From positions 5,768-69,767 of the forward strand of contig CAKPSB010000007.1 of NCBI GenBank assembly GCA_934183155.1: a DNA stretch of 64,000 nt. Direction: 5' to 3'. The stretch is from an uncultured Bacilli bacterium. GTDB lineage: Bacteria; Bacillota_I; Bacilli_A; RF39; UBA660. Shown piece by piece: positions 57,927 to 64,000 of this stretch. How positions within the stretch are numbered: the first letter of the stretch is position 1; every line of letters begins with the position of its first letter. The position numbers and the translations under genes were made by a program. Below the pieces are notes generated by a model that saw only the letters and a program-made list of their open reading frames with translations, had not been told where the DNA came from and ran no database searches.

Positions 57927-58588
57927 AGGGTGAGATAACGGTTGTTATTGGTCATTTTAATAGTGAAATTTTGAAAATGCGTTTTAATGATGATAATTGT
58001 AGAAAAAAAGTTTATTTTAATGTTTTTGATAATGATTTTTTTTGTAATACTATTTATGACGATTTGCTTTTGACTTTAAAAGGGATGAAGTGCAAAAAGC
58101 CTTTTGAGAAAATAATTAAATCTTTGAAAATGGTTGATTTGGATATTTCTTTTTTAAACTATTCATTTGATTGTTTAAGTTATGGTAGTAAAAGTAAATG
58201 TTTACTGGCTAAGGAGCTTATTAAAAATCCTAAAGTATTTTATTTAGATGAACCTTTTTTGGGACTTGATCAGAGTAGTAAGAGAAAAATTGTTAGACTT
58301 TTTAAGATGATGAAAATTAAATATGGCAAAAAATTTTTAATTGCTTTGGATGATATTGATTTAGCCTTTGAGGTAGCAGATAATTTAATTGTTTCGGATG
58401 ATGATGGGGTTGTTTATAGTGGTGATAAATATAAGTTTTTTACAAGTGATTTATATTTGAAATATGGTTTTTCACTTCCTAAAATTGTTTTTTTTGTAAA
58501 TTATGTTAGAAAAACTAAAAATGTTAAATTGAATTACCGAGATGATATTAGTGATTTAATGAAGGATATTTATAGATTTGTTAGGTGA
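57914..58588 (+). CDS. EcfA-like ABC ATPase remnant lacking Walker A
   Basis: GTG start. GEITVVIGHFNSEILK lies where G..GSGKST is expected. Signature LSYGS, Walker B FYLDEP, and no H-loop His (IALDD). N-terminally shorter than normal ABC ATPases. Confidence 0.6.
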   Translation: MENVKGEITVVIGHFNSEILKMRFNDDNCRKKVYFNVFDNDFFCNTIYDDLLLTLKGMKCKKPFEKIIKSLKMVDLDISFLNYSFDCLSYGSKSKCLLAKELIKNPKVFYLDEPFLGLDQSSKRKIVRLFKMMKIKYGKKFLIALDDIDLAFEVADNLIVSDDDGVVYSGDKYKFFTSDLYLKYGFSLPKIVFFVNYVRKTKNVKLNYRDDISDLMKDIYRFVR

Positions 58589-58659
58589 TTTTAATAGTGA
58601 AATGTGTTACAATGATATAGCGAAGTATTAATTTAGTTAATACTGAAAGGAGTAATAGT

Positions 58660-59403
58660 ATGAGATATTTGATAACATTTTCTTATGATGGTTCAAAATA
58701 TAAGGGTTATCAAAAACAACCAAAGGAAAAAACTATTCAAGGTGAGCTTGAAAAAGCTTTAAAAACAATTAATGGTCATAAGAAGGTTGGTGTATATGCT
58801 TCTGGAAGGACTGATGCGGGTGTGCATGCTTATAATCAAAAAGCTCATTTTGATTTAGATATAAAACATATAACGCCAGAAAAGTTAAAAGAAGGACTTA
58901 ATAGTTTATTACCAGATGATATATATATAAAGAATGCTGAGATAGTTAATGATGATTTTCATGCGAGGTTTAATGTTAAGGCTAAAGAATATATTTATAT
59001 GATTAATATGGGTGAATATAGTCCAATTGAAAAGGATTATATATATCAATATAATAAAAAGCTTGATGTTGTAGAAATGGAAAGAGCACTTAAATATTTA
59101 GAAGGTACGCATAATTTTAAATCTTTTACAAAATCTGATGATGAGAAAGATGATTATGTTAGGACAATTGTTCAAACTAATTTGATTAGAAATTTAAAAA
59201 ATGTTAATAAAATTACTTTGAGTTTTTTGGGAACTGGTTTTATGAGATATCAGGTTAGAAATATGATTGGAACGCTTATTGAAATTGGTGAGGGAAAACG
59301 TAAGAGTGAGGATATTATTGATATTTTAGCGGCGGAAGATAGAAGAAAAGCTGGTAAAACAGCTAATCCGGAAGGACTTTACTTAAAAGACGTATTATAT
59401 TAG
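58660..59403 (+). CDS. truA: tRNA pseudouridine(38-40) synthase
   Basis: Y.GS.Y.G.Q.Q, catalytic GRTDAGVHA, and F.GTH.F..F. Confidence 0.95.
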   Translation: MRYLITFSYDGSKYKGYQKQPKEKTIQGELEKALKTINGHKKVGVYASGRTDAGVHAYNQKAHFDLDIKHITPEKLKEGLNSLLPDDIYIKNAEIVNDDFHARFNVKAKEYIYMINMGEYSPIEKDYIYQYNKKLDVVEMERALKYLEGTHNFKSFTKSDDEKDDYVRTIVQTNLIRNLKNVNKITLSFLGTGFMRYQVRNMIGTLIEIGEGKRKSEDIIDILAAEDRRKAGKTANPEGLYLKDVLY

Positions 59404-59504
59404 TTTAAAGGTAATGTTTTTCTAAAATAATTTTGTTTTTACTTAGTGTTGTAAACTATTTATAAAAGAAGTCAACAATTTGTATATAAATTAGTGTTAT
59501 TTTG

Positions 59505-59532
59505 TTGACTTTTATAGTGTTTTTGATATAAT
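59505..59532 (+). promoter_or_regulatory. rplM-rpsI promoter
   Basis: TTGACT 59505-59510, 16-nt spacer, TATAAT 59527-59532. Confidence 0.6.
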
Positions 59533-59539
59533 TATTACT

Positions 59540-59600
59540 GGTACATTTATTTATCCCACATGCGTAAGTCCTGGGAAAACTTACAAATGTAATGGAGAAA
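59540..59600 (+). promoter_or_regulatory. Putative L13 (rplM) autoregulatory leader
   Basis: Nested pairing: TACATTT (59542-) with AAATGTA (59585-), enclosing TCCCA..TGGGA (CCCACATGCGTAAGTCCTGGG). Located directly before the rplM RBS. Confidence 0.35.
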
Positions 59601-59610
59601 GGAAAAGAAA

Positions 59611-60042
59611 ATGAAAACATACATGCAAAGAAAAGAAGATGTCACTAGAACATGGTATGTTGTCGATGCTGAAGGTCAAACTTTAGGTCGTCTAGCTACT
59701 AAAGTGGCTAATGTATTAAGAGGTAAACATAAACCTACTTATACGCCACATGTTGATGGTGGAGATTATGTTATTGTTGTAAATGCTGATAAAGTAGTAC
59801 TTACTGGTAACAAATTAAATGATAAAATTTATTATAATCACAGTAGATATACTGGTGGTTTACGTGAAAGAACAGCTAAAGAAATGGTGGAAAATTATCC
59901 AGTTGAAATGATTGAAAGAGCTGTTAAAGGAATGCTTCCAAAAGGTAGATTAGGAAGACAAATGTATAAAAAATTATTTGTATATGCAGAAGGAAATCAT
60001 CCACATAGTGCACAACAACCTGTTGCACTAAAGATGGACTAG
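59611..60042 (+). CDS. rplM: 50S ribosomal protein L13
   Basis: W.VVDAEGQ.LGRLA..VA..LRGKHKP.YTPH.D.GD.VIV.NA. Confidence 0.98.
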   Translation: MKTYMQRKEDVTRTWYVVDAEGQTLGRLATKVANVLRGKHKPTYTPHVDGGDYVIVVNADKVVLTGNKLNDKIYYNHSRYTGGLRERTAKEMVENYPVEMIERAVKGMLPKGRLGRQMYKKLFVYAEGNHPHSAQQPVALKMD

Positions 60043-60052
60043 GAGGATTTAA

Positions 60053-60466
60053 ATGACTGATAGAAAATTTGTAGGAACTGGTAGAAGAAAAGCTTCAATC
60101 GCTAGAGTACAAATGGTACCTGGTAAGGGTAAAATTACTGTTAATGGTAGAGACGTTAGAGAATTTTTCCCTTATGAAACTAATATTATGGATTTAATGC
60201 AACCTTTAGTTGCAACAAATAATGAAAATACATTTGATATCACTGTTAAAGTTAACGGTGGAGGATTTACTGGTCAAACTGGTGCTATCCGTTTGGGTAT
60301 AACTAGAGCTTTACTTGTTTATGATAAAGATAATGAAGGTAAAGAAGATAGTTATAGAAAAACTTTAAAGAGAAATGGTTTTGTTACTCGTGATCCTAGA
60401 AAGAAAGAGAGAAAGAAACCTGGTCTTAAAGGTGCACGTAGAGCTCCACAATTTAGTAAGAGATAA
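60053..60466 (+). CDS. rpsI: 30S ribosomal protein S9
   Basis: GTGRRK...ARV...PG.G.I.VNG, C-terminal [17 protein letters not shown]. Confidence 0.98.
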   Translation: MTDRKFVGTGRRKASIARVQMVPGKGKITVNGRDVREFFPYETNIMDLMQPLVATNNENTFDITVKVNGGGFTGQTGAIRLGITRALLVYDKDNEGKEDSYRKTLKRNGFVTRDPRKKERKKPGLKGARRAPQFSKR

Positions 60467-60481
60467 TAAATTTTATTATAA

Positions 60482-60511
60482 GACATTGAACTTAGTTTCA
60501 ATGTTTTTTTT
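60482..60511 (+). terminator. Intrinsic terminator after rpsI
   Basis: ACATTGAA (60483-60490) pairs with TTCAATGT (60497-60504), followed by T7. Confidence 0.8.
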
Positions 60512-60593
60512 GTAATGTTTATTTATTAGTTTGTAGTTTATAAAAATTAATGTAAATTTTGATGTAAAGTTGTTTTTTATTTTTTCTTTTATA

Positions 60594-60622
60594 TTGTTAA
60601 ATTTTTTTTCTTTACATATAAT
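60594..60622 (+). promoter_or_regulatory. Orphan sigma-A-type promoter
   Basis: TTGTTA 60594-60599, 17-nt spacer, TATAAT 60617-60622. Confidence 0.5.
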
Positions 60623-60627
60623 GTTAG

Positions 60628-60684
60628 TATAAGGTTGGAAGCAATAAGGGGGCTGGCATGTGCCAATTCATTCCAACTTTTTTT
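60628..60684 (+). ncRNA. Candidate short transcript / attenuator hairpin ending in an intrinsic terminator
   Basis: GTTGGAA (60634-60640) pairs with TTCCAAC (60671-60677), enclosing TGGCA-TG-TGCCA (60654-60665), followed by T7. Starts a few nt after the promoter at 60594-60622. Class unknown. Confidence 0.3.
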
Positions 60685-60690
60685 ATAGAT

Positions 60691-60718
60691 TGTAATAGTA
60701 AAATATTACAGTTTTTTT
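60691..60718 (+). terminator. Second hairpin plus T-tract
   Basis: TGTAATA (60691-60697) pairs with TATTACA (60704-60710), followed by GTTTTTTT. Confidence 0.45.
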
Positions 60719-60741
60719 ATGTTTAAATTTAAGAGGTTATT

Positions 60742-60770
60742 TTGTTCTTTTTTTTATTTTTTGTTATAAT
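60742..60770 (+). promoter_or_regulatory. Promoter of the methyltransferase-rluA pair
   Basis: TTGTTC 60742-60747, 17-nt spacer, TGtTATAAT (TATAAT 60765-60770). Excludes the track start at 60742. Confidence 0.5.
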
Positions 60771-60792
60771 GTTAGTTGAAAGCGGTGAGAAT

Positions 60793-61665
60793 ATGCTTAA
60801 AGTAAGTAATGATTGGAAAGATTATGAGTGTTTAGATGCTGGTAATGGTGAGAAACTAGAACGTTGGGGTAATGTTATTTTGAGAAGACCTGAACCGCAG
60901 GCTATGTGGGAGATTTTGTTTGATAAGCACTGGGAAAAGGTTGATGGTTTTTATCATCGTTCTAATCAAGGTGGAGGCTACTGGGAATTTAAAAATAATT
61001 TACCTGAATATTGGACGGTTAATTATAAAGATTTGACGTTTAAGGTTACGCCTACTAATTTTAAACATACTGGTTTGTTTCCTGAACAAGCTGTGAATTG
61101 GGATTTTATGATGGATAAAATTAAGAAGGCTAATAGGGAAGTTAAGGTTTTAAATTTATTTGCTTATACGGGTGCTGCTACGATGGCTTGCGCTAAAGCT
61201 GGGGCTAAGGTTGTACAAGTTGATGCTTCTCGTGGAATGACGCAGTGGGCTAAGGAAAATAGGGATTTATGTGGTCTTGGTGATCATGAAATAAGATTTA
61301 TTGTTGATGATTGCTTAAAGTTTGTTTTGCGTGAATATAGAAGAGGTCACCGATATGATGGAATTGTTATGGATCCGCCTAGTTATGGTAGAGGTCCTAA
61401 TAAGGAAGTTTGGAAATTTGAAAAAAACATGGCTGTTTTATTGGATGCTTGTTTGAAAATTTTAAGTGATAAACCATTATTTTTGCTTATTAATGCTTAT
61501 ACTACGGGTATTAGTAATATTGTGCTTGCTAATATGCTTAAGACGATGATGTTACCACTTTATCCTAATGGTAAGATTACATCTGGGGAAGTTAGTTTAC
61601 CTATTAAAAAAAATGATATGGTTTTACCTTGTGGAATATATGGGAGATGGGAAAGCAATGATTAA
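60793..61665 (+). CDS. Class I SAM-dependent methyltransferase (RlmI/RlmK-like catalytic domain, no PUA)
   Basis: ATG at 60793. KLERWG.., HTGLFPEQ, VLNLFAYTGA (SAM motif I), IVMDPPSYG (motif IV DPPxF/Y). Confidence 0.7.
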   Translation: MLKVSNDWKDYECLDAGNGEKLERWGNVILRRPEPQAMWEILFDKHWEKVDGFYHRSNQGGGYWEFKNNLPEYWTVNYKDLTFKVTPTNFKHTGLFPEQAVNWDFMMDKIKKANREVKVLNLFAYTGAATMACAKAGAKVVQVDASRGMTQWAKENRDLCGLGDHEIRFIVDDCLKFVLREYRRGHRYDGIVMDPPSYGRGPNKEVWKFEKNMAVLLDACLKILSDKPLFLLINAYTTGISNIVLANMLKTMMLPLYPNGKITSGEVSLPIKKNDMVLPCGIYGRWESND

Positions 61666-62314
61666 TGTTATTTATGAAGATAATCATTTATTAGTTGTTG
61701 AAAAGCCTATTAATGTTCCTTGTCAGGCTGATAGTAGTGGTGATGAGGATTTACTCACAATGTTAAAAAAATATTTGAAAAAAAAATATGATAAACCTGG
61801 TGATGTTTACTTGGGACTGGTTCATAGGCTTGATAGACCTGTTGGGGGTGTTATGGTTTTTGCAAAAACCAGTAAGGCCGCTAAAAGGTTATCTAAACAA
61901 ATACAGAATCATGAATTAAAAAAGATTTATTATGCCGTTATTGAAGGCAGAGTTCCAGATGGGGGAGTTTTAAAGGATAAATTATTAAAGGATGAAAAGA
62001 CTAATATGACTATTGTTTCTCCTTTAGGAAAAGATGCTGAGTTAAGTTATAATTTAATTTCTTTTATTAATAATTTATCTTTAGTTAGAATAAATTTGAA
62101 AACAGGACGTTCTCATCAAATTAGGGTTCAATTTTCATCTAGAAAGTTACCTTTATATGGTGATCAAAGGTATAATCCGAAAGCTTTAAAAGATCAAATT
62201 GCTTTATTTGCTCAAAAGTTAGAATTTGTTCACCCTGTTACTAAAGAAATTATGTCGTTTGAACTTCCGCTTCCGGAGAGATATCCTTTTATTTTATTTA
62301 AGGAGTTAGATTAA
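61658..62314 (+). CDS. RluA-family pseudouridine synthase (no S4 domain)
   Basis: ATG at 61658 (8-nt overlap with the upstream stop). EDNHLLVVEKP, catalytic HRLDRPVGG, GRSHQIRVQ. Confidence 0.88.
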   Translation: MINVIYEDNHLLVVEKPINVPCQADSSGDEDLLTMLKKYLKKKYDKPGDVYLGLVHRLDRPVGGVMVFAKTSKAAKRLSKQIQNHELKKIYYAVIEGRVPDGGVLKDKLLKDEKTNMTIVSPLGKDAELSYNLISFINNLSLVRINLKTGRSHQIRVQFSSRKLPLYGDQRYNPKALKDQIALFAQKLEFVHPVTKEIMSFELPLPERYPFILFKELD

Positions 62315-62977
62315 ATGAAAAATTTAAAAAGATTTTTAATTATTGTTTTTTCTTTATTACTTTGTGTCTTTATATTTTTGAAGTTTGTTGATAGGCCTAA
62401 TTTAAAACCAGTTAAAGGACAAATTAAAAACATTGATTTGAATGGGATTGATAATTTAATGATTGTTTCACATCCGGGTGATGAAAGTGTTTTTGGTGGA
62501 GCGGATTTAAGCAAATATAATTATTTAGTTGTTTGTGTTTCTTGTGGTTATAATAAAAATATGGAAGATAAATTTATTAAGGCTATGGATATTAGCCGTG
62601 ATAGATTTATTATGATGGGATATTCTGATAAGCTTTATACTTCTGGTGATATTAAGAAAATTAAAAAACAGCTTGTATATATTTTAAATTATAGGAGATG
62701 GAATAAAGTTGTTACCCATAATTTGAATGGGGAATATGGTAATTATCAACATATTCAAATTAGTAAAACTGTTAGTAATTTATATGATGATGTTTATTAT
62801 TTTGGAAAATATTATGATAAGAAAACAGCAAGTAGAATAGATAAAGATATAAAAATTGATAAGCAAATTTTGAGTAATAAAATTAATATGGTTAAGGTTT
62901 ATGGACATATTTATAATGATTATGAACATATTTTACCTTATGAACAGTTTGTTAGAGGTAGTAGATGGAAAAGTTAG
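62315..62977 (+). CDS. LmbE/PIG-L-like deacetylase-family protein (variant motif), membrane anchored
   Basis: N-terminal TMS. MIVSHPGDESVFGG resembles AHPDDE..G.GG with the first Asp replaced by Gly. A later H..N..GEYGNYQH block is present. Confidence 0.45.
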   Translation: MKNLKRFLIIVFSLLLCVFIFLKFVDRPNLKPVKGQIKNIDLNGIDNLMIVSHPGDESVFGGADLSKYNYLVVCVSCGYNKNMEDKFIKAMDISRDRFIMMGYSDKLYTSGDIKKIKKQLVYILNYRRWNKVVTHNLNGEYGNYQHIQISKTVSNLYDDVYYFGKYYDKKTASRIDKDIKIDKQILSNKINMVKVYGHIYNDYEHILPYEQFVRGSRWKS

Positions 62978-64000
62978 ATAAGAAAGATAGATTTAATTTA
63001 TTTTGGATCATTATTGTTTATTTGGGTATAGCTCTTACTATTACGCATGGTGAATACATTTTTGGCTCTAAAATTGATTGGGGTTTTCAACATTTTGCTT
63101 TTCCGGATTATTTTAGAAAGCTTTTTTATAAAACAGGTAATGTTTTTCCTAATTTTGCTTTAAATATTGGTGGAGGACAAAATATTTATTATTTTGCTTA
63201 TTATGGTCTTTTAAGTCCTATTGTTTTTATTTCTTATTTACTACCTTTTGTACCTATGAGTTTTTATATTGCTTTTATTTCTCTTGTTTTAGGTGTTATT
63301 TCGATTTGGCTTTTTTATAAGTGGATAAAGGGATTTAATTTTGATAGTGATTTGTGTTTAGTTTTGAGTTTGATTTTTGCTTGTGCAAGCCCTTTGCTGT
63401 TTCAAAGTCATAGACACATTATGTTTGTAAATTATATGCCGTTTTTGCTTTTGGGTTTAATTGGAGTTAGGAAATATTTTTCAGATGGCTCTAAATTTTT
63501 AATGATGATTAGTATTTTTTTAATGATTATGACAAGTTATTTTTATAGTGTTGGGGGAATAATTTGTTTGACTATTTATGGTATTTATGAATATTTGAAA
63601 AGGAATGAATTTAATTTTCAAAGTTTTTTTAAGGAAGGTTTTTTATTTGCTGGTTATGTAATTATTTCAGTAATGATGGCAGGGGTAATTCTTTTACCAG
63701 TGATGTATGCTTTAAAAAATGGCAGAGCTGATAGTTTATCTCATATTTCTTTTTTGAAAGCTATTACTCCTTCTTTGAATTTTGATTTTTTACTTTATAA
63801 GTCTTATTCTGTGGGACTTCCGGCAATTAGTTTGTTTTCGGTTATTTATTTGATTTTTAAAAGGAAAGATAGATTTTTAGGTATTTGTTTATTTTTAATG
63901 ATTATTTGTCCTTTGGTAGTTTATATGCTTAACGGGGCTTTATATTTAGATGGTAAGGCTTTAATTCCTTTTTTACCTTTGTATGTGCTTGCGATAGGAT
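62965..64000 (+). CDS. Polytopic membrane protein, YfhO-like (putative glycosyl-transfer/envelope), 5' part
   Basis: Not in the ORF track (no stop before the window end). ATG at 62965 overlaps the previous gene by 13 nt. Frame open for 345 codons and strongly hydrophobic (FWIIIVYLGIALT.., HRHIMFVNYMPFLLLG..). Confidence 0.6.
   Translation, partial: MEKLDKKDRFNLFWIIIVYLGIALTITHGEYIFGSKIDWGFQHFAFPDYFRKLFYKTGNVFPNFALNIGGGQNIYYFAYYGLLSPIVFISYLLPFVPMSFYIAFISLVLGVISIWLFYKWIKGFNFDSDLCLVLSLIFACASPLLFQSHRHIMFVNYMPFLLLGLIGVRKYFSDGSKFLMMISIFLMIMTSYFYSVGGIICLTIYGIYEYLKRNEFNFQSFFKEGFLFAGYVIISVMMAGVILLPVMYALKNGRADSLSHISFLKAITPSLNFDFLLYKSYSVGLPAISLFSVIYLIFKRKDRFLGICLFLMIICPLVVYMLNGALYLDGKALIPFLPLYVLAIG

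Noticed and set aside
881-62514. Many 60-100-aa ORFs in the track that lie antisense to or out of frame within long genes. Examples: 881-1066, 1383-1670, 2998-3285, 3502-3756, 7651-7950, 9831-10091, 11412-11630, 11765-11947, 15346-15589, 19329-19574, 29602-29829, 30329-30553, 31660-31863, 33912-34103, 36687-36926, 37228-37410, 40854-41127, 43192-43670, 44905-45117, 45660-46011, 46576-46800, 48335-48547, 50049-50246, 52634-52906, 62311-62514.
   Set aside because: These are shadow ORFs typical of AT-rich DNA. Each is fully embedded in a gene with strong family motifs, has no RBS, and has low-complexity translations.
1-64000. Possibility of a Mollicutes-type code (TGA = Trp), given the very low GC and the missing L30
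   Set aside because: Conserved proteins are full-length with Trp encoded by TGG. Several genes terminate at TGA at the expected family length, for example dxs at 16228-16230, yvcK at 26309-26311 and the NDT-like gene at 20992-20994.
1-64000. CRISPR arrays, rRNA or tRNA genes, and large tandem repeats
   Set aside because: Apart from the uvrB-associated duplications and DnaA boxes, I saw no regularly spaced direct repeats. I also saw no GC-rich structured RNA genes by eye. A tRNA or CRISPR scanner should confirm this.

Overview
AT-rich Bacillota-type chromosome segment using the standard genetic code (TGA is a stop codon), centred on the replication origin. On the minus strand at the left edge lie recF, a comK-like gene, dnaN and dnaA. 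DnaA-box clusters flank dnaA, giving a bipartite oriC at about 2.44-2.58 kb and 3.92-4.30 kb. From 4.3 kb onward almost every gene is on the plus strand: rpmH-rnpA-yidC-jag-HD-mnmE-mnmG-rsmG, a long ParB-like gene, dapF, and a flavodoxin-like gene overlapping dxs. Next comes a ~5 kb accessory patch (16.2-21.3 kb), then uvrB, holin-family/lgt/trxB-like/yvcK/whiA, DHH-rplI-dnaB, M23 peptidase/walJ-like/rlmH, spoIIR, an MntP-family gene, murA, rpmE, gpsA (minus strand) and an ABC1 kinase. The complete S10-spc-alpha ribosomal cluster follows at 40.4-54.3 kb and has no L30 gene. After it come a small 3-gene insertion, two degenerate ecfA-like ATPases without ecfT, truA-rplM-rpsI, and rRNA-modification and envelope genes. 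I recognised no rRNA, tRNA, CRISPR array, transposase or integrase. The main hunt result is that the 5' end of uvrB occurs three times in tandem: intact at 21297, a ~90% identical 270-nt fragment at 18079, and a decayed remnant at 17018. Accessory cargo sits between these copies. The youngest cargo (18592-20994) is a compact, translationally coupled four-gene operon bracketed by ~45-60 bp imperfect direct repeats. It encodes a thymidylate/dNMP-kinase-like protein, a 4-Cys UDG-superfamily glycosylase, a small MazG pyrophosphohydrolase and a tandem nucleoside-2-deoxyribosyltransferase/DNPH1-fold protein. I propose it is an undescribed nucleotide/base-centred system, either anti-phage restriction or sanitation of non-canonical nucleotides, or a captured DNA-modification module. 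All functional calls come from motif reading by eye, and no searches were run.
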